Of a stretch of 64,000 nt of DNA, positions 51,031 to 61,503 are shown piece by piece; position 1 is the first letter of the stretch; each line of letters opens with the position of its first letter. This DNA is from Chthoniobacteraceae bacterium (GTDB lineage Bacteria > Verrucomicrobiota > Verrucomicrobiia > Chthoniobacterales > Chthoniobacteraceae). Location of the stretch: assembly GCA_037190965.1 (NCBI GenBank), contig JBBCKI010000031.1:36339-100338 (forward strand), written 5' to 3'. The notes beneath the pieces are model-generated. The model worked only from the letters and a program-made list of their open reading frames with translations. It did no database searches and was not told the DNA's origin. Position numbers and translations under genes: made by a program.

Positions 51031-51511
51031 GGGTCAAATCACAATATCAACTTCTTTGGCACCTCATTCCAGTCTTTTGGCTCAAAATCGAACCTTGTCG
51101 TGGAGCGCACCACCCGGCTCGGGAAAACTGCGCTCCCCCGAGCCTGCGGCGCAGCCTGCACAGAAACCGATTTCCACAATGGGATTTCGGTTGCCATCGG
51201 CCTGGCGCGGCTGAGTGACATACATGCGCCTGCCCGCCCTGTAAACAGCAAATCTTTCTACCCCTTAAGACAAAAACAGTCGTTACTACAAAATGAATTA
51301 CCGATGCTTATGGCAGTCGTAATTTTCAAATTTCCCGCCCCACAAGGCCCAAAAACTATCACGTGCTAAATTCCAAAGGAAGGGATCGCCGCTTCAAAGC
51401 GAATAGGGACACTGCCAAATCGCGAACCATCCAGCGGCAAGCCCCGAAGAACGCGCGCATTGATGGGGCACTTTTTAGCGGGAAAAGATACTTCCCATTC
51501 CGGGAGGGGAG

Positions 51512-51737
51512 CATGACGGAAAGTTTAAAAAGAAGAAAATGGCGCGACAGCACCAGTAGACCGCTCGCGCCGCCGAGCGCGAGGGGCGATTCCCGTGGCG
51601 TCGTGAAGATCGCATCCCGATATGCAAAGTCCATCCTGTGGGGATGGATGCCATGCGCGACTCGCAAACCCGTCCCGCGCTCTCGGCGAGAGCGGGCTAC
51701 CTTGCCGGTCCTCCAAATCAGGTGCTTTTCCGTCATG
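51512..51737 (+). repeat. Family-1 element, copy E (full length)
   Basis: Outer IR CATGACGGAAA/TTTCCGTCATG enclosing a REP doublet. Confidence 0.88.
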
Positions 51738-51756
51738 TACCGACGCTCCCGAGGGT

Positions 51757-51832
51757 TCGCGCCAAGGACGCCAAGCTCTCTCCAAGTCTTTAAAATCTTT
51801 CAATCTTGGCGGGCCCGGCGTCCTTGGCGCGA
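51757..51832. repeat. Family-4 CGCCAAG-unit hairpin, second copy
   Basis: Perfect 16-bp IR TCGCGCCAAGGACGCC/GGCGTCCTTGGCGCGA. Confidence 0.8.
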
Positions 51833-51843
51833 GACAAATGCCT

Positions 51844-52055
51844 ATGACGGGAAAATTTTCGAAAAGGAGAAAATGGTGCGGCAGCACCGGTAGCCCGCTC
51901 GCGCCGCCGAACGCGGAGGGCGACTCCCGTGGCTTCGTGAAGGCCGCATCCCAATACGCAGAGCCCGTCCTGCGGGGATGGACGCCATGCGCGACTCGTA
52001 AATCCATCCCGCGCTCTCGGCGAGAGCGGGCTACCTTGCCTGCCGGTCCTCCAAA
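51844..52055 (+). repeat. Family-1 element, copy F
   Basis: Left outer arm ATGACGGGAAA, REP doublet and trailing GTCCTCCAAA, as in copies B and E. Confidence 0.88.
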
Positions 52056-52236
52056 CAGTGCCAGCCTCACCGGATCGACTACCTTTCCTTTCAGCCATCA
52101 TCCGGAACGCGCCAACCGCCCCCCCAATGATTCCAATTCACCTCATTCCCGGGGTTGATTTGATGCCTAAATTAAGGAACTCTTCACGGCTTCAGAACAA
52201 TCCCCGCCCCTCTGAAGAGGTGCGCCGCCGGAAAAT

Positions 52237-52252
52237 TGTTCCACGTAGAACA
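52237..52252. promoter_or_regulatory. parS-like site overlapping the mnmG start codon
   Basis: TGTTCCACGTAGAACA versus the consensus TGTTNCACGTGAAACA. Confidence 0.7.
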
Positions 52253-54117
52253 TGTTTGTTTACCCTAAAATTTACGATATCGCCGTGATCGGCGCCGGAC
52301 ACGCCGGCATCGAAGCAGCCATGGCCGCCGCCCGCCTCGGTTGCGAGGTTGCCATGTTCACCCAGAATCTCGACACCATCGGCCAGATGTCGTGCAACCC
52401 CGCCGTCGGCGGCCTCGGCAAAGGGCATATGGTGCGGGAGATTGATGCGCTCGGCGGGTTCATGGGAATCAACACAGACGCCACTGCCATCCAATGCCGG
52501 ATGCTCAACGGAAACAAGGGGCCAAGCGTTCGCTCCCCCCGCGCCCAATGCGATAAGAAGGCCTACCAATTCCGCGCCAAGGCAGCCTGCGAGCGCACCC
52601 CCGGTCTTTCCATCAAGCAAGGGAATGTCGTTGAAATCCTCGAGGAAGGGGGACGCGCGGTTGGCGTTCGGACCAATATGGGAGTCGAACTCCGTTGCCG
52701 GGCCGTCATCATCACCACCGGGACGTTCATGCGCGGGCTTCTCCATGTCGGCCTTCAAAACGCCCCGGGAGGCCGGATGGGAGATACCCTCTCCACGATC
52801 AGTGACTCTCTTCAGCGGCTTGGATTCGAGATCGGGCGGTTCAAGACCGGCACCCCATGCCGACTCAATGCCCGCTCCGTGGATTTCGCGAAATGCCAGC
52901 CGCAACCGGGAGATTACCCACCCCCGTCCTTCACCTATTTGCCGGAACTCCTAGAGCGGGATCCAAAGGACCTCTTTACCCTCAACGAGGTGAAAGATGG
53001 TATGTTCCACGTGGAACAACAACCCTGCTGGATTACCGAAACGAATCCCCGCACCCACGACATCATCCGGGCCAACCTCGACAAGTCGCCCATGTATTGC
53101 GGGCGTATTGAAGGAGTGGGAGCCAGGTATTGCCCCTCCATCGAAGATAAAGTCGTCCGCTTTGCGGAAAAGGAGCATCATCAACTCTTTCTGGAGCCGG
53201 AAGGCCGCCATACGGAGGAGATGTACGTCAACGGGATCTCCACCAGCCTCCCCTACGAGGTTCAGTACGCCTTTATTCATTCCATTCAAGGACTGGAGAA
53301 TGCGGAGATCCTTCGGCCCGGCTACGCGGTCGAGTATGATTTCTGCCCACCCACGCAACTCTTCGCCACCCTGGAGACAAAACGGGTCGAAGGGCTCTAT
53401 TTTGCGGGCCAAATCAACGGAACTTCCGGATACGAAGAGGCGGCAGCACAAGGGCTTGTGGCGGGAGCGAACGCCGCCCTCAAGCTGTTGGGGCGGGCCC
53501 CTCTCATCATCGGACGGAGCGAGGGCTACATCGGCGTGATGGTCGACGATCTCGTCACCAAAGGCACCACCGAACCATATCGGATGTTTACCAGTCGGGC
53601 CGAGTATCGCCTTCTCCTGCGGCAAGACAATGCGGACCTTCGCCTGACCCAAAAAGGTCGCGAGCTTGGTCTTGTATGCGACCGCCGCTGGGCCGCCACC
53701 ACCCGGAAGCTGGGCCAACTTGCGCAGGCCCGCCTTCTTGCCGACGAAGCCCGGCACGAGGGAACCAGGGTTTCGCAATGGTTGCGTCGCCCCGAGGTCA
53801 CTGCCTCCGACCTTCCGGCTGAGCTCCGCTGCAAGCTCCCCGAGACGATCTGGAGCCTTCTTGAGACCGACCTGAAGTACGAAGGCTATATCCGTCGCCA
53901 GGAAACGCAGATCAAACGCGACAAAGCCTCGGAAAACCGCCCTATTCCCGCCGACCTCGATTTCACCGTCATTCCCGACCTCCGTGCCGAGGCAAGGCAG
54001 AAGTTCTCCGCCATCCGTCCCGGCACCTTCGGGCAGGCGGGCAGAATCAGTGGGATCACCCCGGTCGATCTGGCCATTCTCGAAATCTGGATGCGAAAAC
54101 ATGCCGGTGAGGCATAA
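52252..54117 (+). CDS. mnmG: tRNA uridine-5-carboxymethylaminomethyl modification enzyme (GidA)
   Basis: [40 protein letters not shown] and [13 protein letters not shown] motifs. Confidence 0.97.
   Translation: MFVYPKIYDIAVIGAGHAGIEAAMAAARLGCEVAMFTQNLDTIGQMSCNPAVGGLGKGHMVREIDALGGFMGINTDATAIQCRMLNGNKGPSVRSPRAQCDKKAYQFRAKAACERTPGLSIKQGNVVEILEEGGRAVGVRTNMGVELRCRAVIITTGTFMRGLLHVGLQNAPGGRMGDTLSTISDSLQRLGFEIGRFKTGTPCRLNARSVDFAKCQPQPGDYPPPSFTYLPELLERDPKDLFTLNEVKDGMFHVEQQPCWITETNPRTHDIIRANLDKSPMYCGRIEGVGARYCPSIEDKVVRFAEKEHHQLFLEPEGRHTEEMYVNGISTSLPYEVQYAFIHSIQGLENAEILRPGYAVEYDFCPPTQLFATLETKRVEGLYFAGQINGTSGYEEAAAQGLVAGANAALKLLGRAPLIIGRSEGYIGVMVDDLVTKGTTEPYRMFTSRAEYRLLLRQDNADLRLTQKGRELGLVCDRRWAATTRKLGQLAQARLLADEARHEGTRVSQWLRRPEVTASDLPAELRCKLPETIWSLLETDLKYEGYIRRQETQIKRDKASENRPIPADLDFTVIPDLRAEARQKFSAIRPGTFGQAGRISGITPVDLAILEIWMRKHAGEA
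53003..53018. promoter_or_regulatory. parS site inside mnmG
   Basis: Perfect 16-bp palindrome TGTTCCACGTGGAACA. Confidence 0.85.
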
Positions 54118-54188
54118 TCACTCTTTAACAAAATGGAGTAGCGCCATCGCCCGGCGTTGTTTATCCTAAATCTTTCCCCTGCCACTTT

Positions 54189-57100
54189 ATGAAGTTCCGA
54201 CACCTCCCAGCCCGCCTCGCCCTCGCCTCGGCCCTAGCCACCACGGCCCTGACCCCGTTGGCTCACGGACAGGTCACCGCAGATCAGGCTTCCGCCGCCG
54301 CGTTGCAGCTCTTCAATGGAGGCCAGTACAAGGACGCCATCACGGCGTACGAAGGCGTCGTCAAGGATTACCCGACTTCCATCGTCATTTCCGAAGCTTA
54401 CTTCCGCCTCGGCTACCTCCACTTCCTTGAGGGCAACTTCGACAAGAGCCTCGACTATCTCAAGAAGATCCTCGCGCCGCCCGCCTCGTCCGACCTCCAG
54501 GAACTCGGCTACAGCATGATCCCCCAGGCGCTCGCCGGAAAAGCCGCCAAGATCGAGGATGAAGGCAAGCGAAACGCCGGTTTGGAAGAGGCCATCAAGG
54601 GCTTCGATTCCTTCCTCCAGAAATACCCCAACAGCCTCCAGGTGGAGAGCGCCACCTATGGCCGCGCCCTCTGCGCCTTCCAGGTTGGCAAGTATGACGA
54701 CGCTGCCTCCGGCCTTCGCAACAACCTCAAGAACTTCCCGAAGAGCGAATCGATCCTCGACAGCCAGTACCTTCTGGCGCTCGTCCTCGCCACGCAGGGC
54801 AGCATGGGCCTTCAGGCCAACGCCGATGACGCAGCCGCCGCCGCCAAATGCGACGAAGCAGAGAAGCTCCTGAAGGACATCATCACCCAGCGCAAGGACA
54901 TCGCCCTCCTCAACGACGCCCAGTTCCAGATCGGCGAGCTTCTCTTCAACCGGGGAATGCTCGGGCCGAAGGCCACGCAAGCTGATTTCTGGAAGCGTGC
55001 CATCGAGGCATACCGCGGAGTCCAGCCCAAGGAGCCGATGATCAAGGCGCAGGAAATGCGCATCGAATCGGTCAAACAACGCCGACTCGCCGCCGGTATG
55101 GCGAAAGACACCGCCACCTTCAAGCGCCTTGAGCGGCTTGAGGACGCCGAGAGGAGCAAATTGCAGGCCGTCAAGGCGAAGGGCGACCTCACGGTATCCG
55201 CAAAGGTCAAGGTCGGGCAGATCTTCTTCCAGGAGAAAGGCTACGACGAAGCACGGGTTCTGTTTCGCCATATCCAGAAATTTGCCGAGGAGGAGGACCA
55301 GAAAAAATCGATCCTCTACTATACCACGCTCACGTACGCCTCGCAGAACCTGCGGGATCAAGCCGTGGAGGCCTACAATGCCTTCCAGAGCAGCTTCAAG
55401 GGCGATCCCACGGCGGACAACCTGCCCCTGGTGATCGGGTCGCTCTTCCTCGTCAACCCCGCCGACCCGAACAAGGCGACTGAATACTTCAAGGAAGGGA
55501 CAACCCTCTATCCCAAGGGCCGCTTCACCGCGGAAACCCTCACCTCGCAGGCCACGGCCCTCGTCCAGCTTCGCCGGTTTGACGAAGCCCTGAAGACGTA
55601 CACCAACTTCGTCGCCACCAAACCGAAGCCCGAACTCGCCGCCCAGGCGGAATTGGGCATCGCCACGATTCATCAGCAAACCGGGAAATTTGCCGAGGCG
55701 ATCGCCGCCTTCAAGAAAGTGCGCGACACCTACCCGGGAACCCCGCAGGCGGAACAAGCGGCCTTCTGGGTCGGTCACCTCGCTCTCCAGACCAACGACC
55801 TTGGCAATGCGCTGCCGGAGCTGACCGCATACATCAAGAACTTCCCCAAGAGCGAAAACATTCCCACGGCGAAGTTCGACGTCGCCTTGATCGAAAGCCG
55901 CAACGACAAAGCCAAAGCCCTCACGCTGTTCAAGGAAGTCGCCGACGAATTCCCCCAGAGCCCGGCCGCGCCGTTCACCTACTTCCAGCGCGTCTCGATC
56001 CTCATGGCAGAGCAGAAGCTCGATGATGTCGAAGCGGTCTTGAACGAATTCATCCAGCGCTACCCCGAAAACGAAAATCTTTATCGCGCTTACGACACCA
56101 TCGGGCAGATGAAGATCAACGCAGGGAAACCGCAGGAAGCGATCGTCACCTATTCGACGATGGCTGAAAAGCACCCCGCCAATCCGCAGGCGGCCGCCGC
56201 GCTTCTCAATGTCGCCCAACTCTGGAACCGCTTCACCGAATCGCAGGGGCGTTACCTCGCCCTCAACGAAGAGGAACGAGTGGAATGGAACAAAGGGGTG
56301 ACCAACTCCATCGCCGGGGTGGAAAAACTCATCGCCCAGTACCCCGACTCGCAGCAGGTCGCGCTCGCGTTGAAGACCCTTCTTTCCAACCAGAAGCTCC
56401 TTCTCAACGCCAAGCTGAAAACCGACGAAGAAGTCACCAAATACTTCCAGACTCTCGCCGGGAAATTCGAAGACAAGCCCCAGGCGAAGAATAAGATCCT
56501 CTTCACCCTCGCGTCGTTCACGTTCGAAAAGGACAAGCAGAAGGCGCTTGAACAGATGACCGCCGCTTACAACCCGGAACTCATCTATGCCCCCGAGGAT
56601 CTCGATCTCTACGGCTCCTCGCTCCTGAACACCGGCAAGCTGGAGGAATCCGTCGCCGTCTACACGAAACTGGCGGCCGATTATCCGATCCCCGCCGGCG
56701 TCGCTCCCGAGCGCGCTCCAGGCCCGATTCAGGAAGCCCAGGCCATTTCGCTCTACGGCCTAGGCAAGGCGCTCCAGACCCAGCAAAAGATTGATGAAGC
56801 CGCCGAGATGTTCAACAAGCTCAAGGCTCACTATGCCTGGTCGCCAAAGCTGCTCGAAGCCAACTACGGCATCGCCGAAGCCAACTTCCAGCAGAAGAAG
56901 AATGACGACGCCATCGGGCTGCTGATCGGCATCATTCGCGCCCCCACCGCGACGGCGGAGCTGCGCGCCAACTCCACGCTTCTCCTCGGCAAAATCCAGG
57001 AAGCCACCGGCGACATCCCCTCCGCCATCGACCAATACATCAAGGTCTCCGTCTTCTACGAGAGCGTCGCTCCCGCAGCCGCCGAAGGGCTCTGGCTCGG

Positions 57101-57311
57101 CGCGCAGCTCCTGGAGAAGCAGGCTGCCACCCTTCCTGAGACGCTTGATCCCAAGAAGAAACATCCGAAGAACGCGCCCACCCGTGGCGGACAGCTCGCC
57201 AAGGCGTACATGGCTTACAAGGATCTCGTCGACAAATACGCGAACTCACCCAATGTGGAAGCGGCCAAGGCCCGCCTTCAGGCGCTTCCGGCCCCGGCCC
57301 CTAAAAAATAA
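54189..57311 (+). CDS. Large secreted tetratricopeptide-repeat protein
   Basis: Signal peptide ending AHG and many TPR-like units ending in YP/FP-x-S. Confidence 0.88.
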   Translation: MKFRHLPARLALASALATTALTPLAHGQVTADQASAAALQLFNGGQYKDAITAYEGVVKDYPTSIVISEAYFRLGYLHFLEGNFDKSLDYLKKILAPPASSDLQELGYSMIPQALAGKAAKIEDEGKRNAGLEEAIKGFDSFLQKYPNSLQVESATYGRALCAFQVGKYDDAASGLRNNLKNFPKSESILDSQYLLALVLATQGSMGLQANADDAAAAAKCDEAEKLLKDIITQRKDIALLNDAQFQIGELLFNRGMLGPKATQADFWKRAIEAYRGVQPKEPMIKAQEMRIESVKQRRLAAGMAKDTATFKRLERLEDAERSKLQAVKAKGDLTVSAKVKVGQIFFQEKGYDEARVLFRHIQKFAEEEDQKKSILYYTTLTYASQNLRDQAVEAYNAFQSSFKGDPTADNLPLVIGSLFLVNPADPNKATEYFKEGTTLYPKGRFTAETLTSQATALVQLRRFDEALKTYTNFVATKPKPELAAQAELGIATIHQQTGKFAEAIAAFKKVRDTYPGTPQAEQAAFWVGHLALQTNDLGNALPELTAYIKNFPKSENIPTAKFDVALIESRNDKAKALTLFKEVADEFPQSPAAPFTYFQRVSILMAEQKLDDVEAVLNEFIQRYPENENLYRAYDTIGQMKINAGKPQEAIVTYSTMAEKHPANPQAAAALLNVAQLWNRFTESQGRYLALNEEERVEWNKGVTNSIAGVEKLIAQYPDSQQVALALKTLLSNQKLLLNAKLKTDEEVTKYFQTLAGKFEDKPQAKNKILFTLASFTFEKDKQKALEQMTAAYNPELIYAPEDLDLYGSSLLNTGKLEESVAVYTKLAADYPIPAGVAPERAPGPIQEAQAISLYGLGKALQTQQKIDEAAEMFNKLKAHYAWSPKLLEANYGIAEANFQQKKNDDAIGLLIGIIRAPTATAELRANSTLLLGKIQEATGDIPSAIDQYIKVSVFYESVAPAAAEGLWLGAQLLEKQAATLPETLDPKKKHPKNAPTRGGQLAKAYMAYKDLVDKYANSPNVEAAKARLQALPAPAPKK

Positions 57312-57342
57312 GGCCTGCATATAAACGACTGCACCCGGAGAG

Positions 57343-58002
57343 ATGACCAAACAGGAACGGGCTGACGCCCTCGTACAGGCGTTCGCACGGGTTTATCCCA
57401 CCGCTCATTGCGAGTTGGTGTTTTCAAACCCGCTGGAACTCCTCGTCGCCACCATTCTCTCCGCTCAATGCACCGACAAACGGGTCAATCTTGTCACGGA
57501 AACCCTCTTCCAGCGGTATCGGAGCGCGGCTGACTACGCCCGCTCCAGCCAGGAGGAGTTGGAGGAAGCGATCCACTCCACGGGATTCTACCGGAACAAG
57601 GCCAAGAATATTCGCGCCATGGCCGCCGACCTTGTCGCCCATTACGGCGGCAAGGTTCCCGACACCATGGAAGCCCTTACCGCCCTCGCCGGGGTTGGCC
57701 GGAAGACCGCCAATGTCGTCCTGGGCAACGCCTTCGGGAAGAACGAAGGCGTCGTTGTGGACACCCATGTCTCCCGTCTCTCCCAACGGCTTGGCCTGAC
57801 CAAGGCCACCGCCCCGGAAAAAATCGAGCAGGACCTCATGCGGCTTATTCCACGCGACGACTGGACCAATTTCAGCCATTGGCTGATCTGGCACGGGCGT
57901 CGACGCTGCTTCGCCCGCAACCCCGATTGCGCTGGCTGCGAAGTGCAGACGCTCTGCCCCAGCGCCTTCAAGGTGGGGAAGACAGGCGGGGCGAAAGCAT
58001 AG
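57343..58002 (+). CDS. nth: Endonuclease III
   Basis: LSAQCTD, LAGVGRKTANVV, VDTHV and the Fe-S motif C-x6-C-x2-C-x5-C. Confidence 0.96.
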   Translation: MTKQERADALVQAFARVYPTAHCELVFSNPLELLVATILSAQCTDKRVNLVTETLFQRYRSAADYARSSQEELEEAIHSTGFYRNKAKNIRAMAADLVAHYGGKVPDTMEALTALAGVGRKTANVVLGNAFGKNEGVVVDTHVSRLSQRLGLTKATAPEKIEQDLMRLIPRDDWTNFSHWLIWHGRRRCFARNPDCAGCEVQTLCPSAFKVGKTGGAKA

Positions 58003-58144
58003 GATGACTATGCATAGCCTCGATCTTGAGTAGCGACGGCGCCATGTCTACTGGGCCGGGATATAGCTTCTGGATCGACTGATTCAGCGATGCGGCAATT
58101 CCCGCCTTCGAGCCCAAAAAACAACGTGTTTTCCGGCGCGGGCG

Positions 58145-58336
58145 CATGACGGAAGAGTAGCGAACAGAAGGAATGGTGCGGCAGCACCGGTAGCACGCTC
58201 GCGCCGTCGAGCGCGGGCATCGGCTCCCGTGACTTCAACAAGGCCCCATCCCAATATCAGCAGCCCGGTCCTGCGGGGATGGGCGTCAAATGCGACTCTT
58301 TGTCAAATCCCGCGCTCTCGGCGAGAGCGGGCTACC
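58145..58336 (+). repeat. Family-1 element, copy G
   Basis: Left outer arm CATGACGGAA plus a REP doublet, between convergent genes. Confidence 0.88.
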
Positions 58337-58392
58337 TTGTAGACACGGAAAGACACGACCCGCTACCTGGCGCGCCGCCTTTTCCTCTCTCG

Positions 58393-58746
58393 TCAGCACC
58401 CAAAGTGCGCGAACGCGGCTTCCCGGGTCTCGAAGATCGGGTAGGCGGTGGCGAAACCGGCGAGCTGAAAGACCCGCTTCACTTCGCCTTGCAAGGCGCA
58501 CACGGCCAGGGCACCCCCTTCGCGGCTCATGTGGCGGCCCGAAAGGAAGAGTTCCCGAAAGCCCGAACTGGCAATGTATTCAAGCTTTTCAAGATCGACC
58601 AGCAGGACACCCTTCGGCGTTGCGCTGGCGGCCTTGGCCGTCTGGTCCAACGCCTCTTTCAGGCTTTTCCAGTGATCGGGCTCGATACGTCCGGCAACTT
58701 CCAAAATGTGAATGTTGCCCTGGGAGGAGGAATGGAATGTGGCCAT
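58393..58746 (-). CDS. STAS-domain anti-sigma-factor antagonist (RsbV-like)
   Basis: LLVDLEKLEYIASSGFR phospho-Ser motif and VKRVFQLAGF. Confidence 0.9.
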   Translation of the reverse strand: MATFHSSSQGNIHILEVAGRIEPDHWKSLKEALDQTAKAASATPKGVLLVDLEKLEYIASSGFRELFLSGRHMSREGGALAVCALQGEVKRVFQLAGFATAYPIFETREAAFAHFGC

Positions 58747-58916
58747 CGGGAAAATCTGCTCGGCTGTTGCGTTCTGAATAAAGGGGGGGCCAAATGCTCT
58801 ATCTGAAAAGACTTGCCCGGCGCAACAGCAATCTTAGCATTGCCGGGATGCTCCGGCCTCCTCCAACGGTGGAACCCCGAGGATGGAGCGCTCCTTTTCC
58901 GTCTCTTTAAGCGCCC

Positions 58917-61490
58917 ATGCACCATTCCCTTCGCTCCAAGGTTCTGGCCTGGTTTGTCACCATTATCGCGGCCATCGTTGTCGCCGGATGGATCGGGTAC
59001 ACTCAGTTATCGCGGCACATTCATAAGGAAGCCAACGCCCAGATCGAGTCCAGGCTCCATCACGTCATGGACATTCTGTCTGCGACGGACCAGACCACCT
59101 CCAGCCTGGTAAAAGCCTCCATGGGCTTTCTTAAAACCGAAGCCCTGAAAACAGGCGCCCCCTCTCTCCAGTCTCCCGAAGGGGGCGGTAAGGCCACGCT
59201 CGCCTTCGGCGGAAAGCCCGTCGCGGGGAGCTTCGAAATTGTCGATGTCGTCAAAAGTGTCATGGGGGGCACGGCGACCCTCTTCGTTCGCGATGGCGAG
59301 CGATTCTTTCGCGTCAGCACCAATGTGCTCAAACCGGACGGCAGCCGCGCCATCGGCACTGAACTCAACCCCAATGGACCCGCCATCCGCGAACTTCGCG
59401 AGGGCCGCCCGTTTTATGGCGTGGTCGATATTCTCGGGAAACCGTACCTCACCGCCTACGAGCCGATTCGCGACGAAGCGGGAGAGATCATTGGCGTCTA
59501 TTATGTCGGCTACGCGCTTGAAACGCTGACTGCCATTGGCGAGACGATCAATAACAACGGCCTGCTCAAGCGTGGCTTCTTCGCCCTGGCCAATTCCGCC
59601 GATCATGTTGTCTTCCTGACCCACAGCAAAATCGACGCAGGACAGGCGGCGACGGCTGCCCTGGCGGCGGAGGAAAAGCCGGTAGGCTCCCAATGGGCCG
59701 TCCTGAAGCAGACCTTCAAACCGTGGGACTATGATGTCGTCGCCGGGCTCCATCTGCCGGATGTCCGCAACCTCGCCCTTCAGATCATCTGGAAGGTCTA
59801 CGGCGTCACCGGGTTCGTCCTGCTGGCGGCGCTCGGCGCATCCTACTGGCTCGCCTCGAAGCTCTCGACGGCCCTGGAAGACTCGGAGCGGAGCAACCGC
59901 GAGGCGATCGAAGCCCGCAACGCCGCGGAAACGGCCAACCGCACCAAGAGCGCCTTCCTCGCCAACATGAGCCACGAACTCCGCACGCCGATGAACGCCA
60001 TCATCGGCTACAGCGAAATGCTCATCGAGGAAGCCGAAGACCTGGAGCAGGACGAAATGATTCCCGACCTGCAAAAGATCCGCTCCGCGGGAAAACACCT
60101 CCTCTCTCTCATCAACGACGTGCTCGACCTCTCCAAGATCGAAGCGGGAAAGATGACCCTCTACCTCGAGGAATTCGCGGTCGAAGAAATGCTCGACGAC
60201 GTGGTGACAACCATTTCGCCACTGTTGGATCAGAACAAAAACCGGCTGGTGATCGAAAAAGCCCCCGGTCTCGGCACGATCCGCGCGGACCTCACCAAAG
60301 TTCGCCAGACCCTCTTCAACCTCCTGAGCAACGCCACCAAATTTACGGAGGAGGGCGAAATCAGGCTGGTCGCTTCGCGCGAATCCACTCCCGAGGCCGG
60401 AGGAACCGGCGAGTACCTTACGCTGCGCATCACCGACAGCGGCATCGGAATGACGCCGGAACAACTTGGGCGGCTTTTCCAGGCCTTCACCCAGGCCGAC
60501 GCCTCCACCACCCGCAAGTACGGCGGCACCGGGCTGGGCCTCGTCATCAGCCGCAAGTTCTGCCAGATGATGGGGGGCGACATCACCGTGAAGAGCACCA
60601 TCGGCTCCGGGAGCACGTTCACCGTCATCCTCCCTGTCGCCGTGATCCAGCCGGAGACTGAAGCGGCGGCCATGCCGGAAAACGCGTCGTCCCTCCCCGT
60701 CCCCCTGCCGCGCCGTCTGGTGCTGGTCATCGATGACGACGCGGCGGCCGCCGATCTCATCAAACGCTCGCTGGAGAAAGCGGGCTACAGCGCATTGATT
60801 GCCCCTGACGGGACCACCGGCATCGCGATGGCCCGTGAGCACAAGCCGGTGGCGATCACGCTCGATGTCATGATGCCGAACATGGACGGCTGGTCGGTGT
60901 TGACGAAGCTCAAATCCGACCCGGATCTCGCCCACATTCCCGTCATCATGGCGACGATGCTTCAGGATCGCCCGCTTGGCTTTGCCCTGGGCGCGGCGGA
61001 TTTTCTCACCAAACCGATCGACCAGATAAAGCTTCGGGCCTTGCTCGAGCGGCTCTGCGGCAAGGGAAAAGGGCGCGTCCTCGTGATCGACGACGACGCC
61101 ATGAGCCGTGACGTGCTCCGCCGCCTGCTGGAGAAGGAAGGGATCACCACCCTCGAAGCCGTCAATGGCAGCGCCGGTCTGGAAGCCGTTGCCGCCGACC
61201 CGCCCGACCTGATCCTGCTCGACCTGATGATGCCGGTCATGGACGGCTTCGACTTTCTCGCAGCGTTGCGCGCCAACCCCGCCACGCGGCATATTCCCGT
61301 CGTCGTGGTTACTGCAAAAGACCTCACGGATGCCGACCACGCCCGGCTCAACGGTAGCGTGCGCGACGTCATCCAGAAAGGCGCGCTCGACCGCGAAGGG
61401 CTCCTCCGGGAAGTCTGCGCCATGATCGCCCTGTCCGCTCCGTCCGAAAAACCTTCTCAATCTCCTAACTCCGCCGCACCCGTTCAATAA
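58917..61490 (+). CDS. Hybrid sensor kinase (Cache-like sensor, HisKA, HATPase, two REC)
   Basis: TM-flanked ATLFVRDGERFFRVSTNV...GSRAIGT, FLANMSHELRTP, GGTGLGL and two receiver domains. Confidence 0.93.
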   Translation: MHHSLRSKVLAWFVTIIAAIVVAGWIGYTQLSRHIHKEANAQIESRLHHVMDILSATDQTTSSLVKASMGFLKTEALKTGAPSLQSPEGGGKATLAFGGKPVAGSFEIVDVVKSVMGGTATLFVRDGERFFRVSTNVLKPDGSRAIGTELNPNGPAIRELREGRPFYGVVDILGKPYLTAYEPIRDEAGEIIGVYYVGYALETLTAIGETINNNGLLKRGFFALANSADHVVFLTHSKIDAGQAATAALAAEEKPVGSQWAVLKQTFKPWDYDVVAGLHLPDVRNLALQIIWKVYGVTGFVLLAALGASYWLASKLSTALEDSERSNREAIEARNAAETANRTKSAFLANMSHELRTPMNAIIGYSEMLIEEAEDLEQDEMIPDLQKIRSAGKHLLSLINDVLDLSKIEAGKMTLYLEEFAVEEMLDDVVTTISPLLDQNKNRLVIEKAPGLGTIRADLTKVRQTLFNLLSNATKFTEEGEIRLVASRESTPEAGGTGEYLTLRITDSGIGMTPEQLGRLFQAFTQADASTTRKYGGTGLGLVISRKFCQMMGGDITVKSTIGSGSTFTVILPVAVIQPETEAAAMPENASSLPVPLPRRLVLVIDDDAAAADLIKRSLEKAGYSALIAPDGTTGIAMAREHKPVAITLDVMMPNMDGWSVLTKLKSDPDLAHIPVIMATMLQDRPLGFALGAADFLTKPIDQIKLRALLERLCGKGKGRVLVIDDDAMSRDVLRRLLEKEGITTLEAVNGSAGLEAVAADPPDLILLDLMMPVMDGFDFLAALRANPATRHIPVVVVTAKDLTDADHARLNGSVRDVIQKGALDREGLLREVCAMIALSAPSEKPSQSPNSAAPVQ

Positions 61491-61503
61491 CCCCACATTA
61501 CCG

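Noticed and set aside
51240..51510. oriC in the AT-rich pdhA-mnmG spacer
   Set aside because: No cluster of DnaA boxes; only one imperfect ATTTCCACA near 51170, and no dnaA gene in the window.
51512..52055. CRISPR array
   Set aside because: Only two long diverged units, no regular repeat-spacer period and no cas genes.
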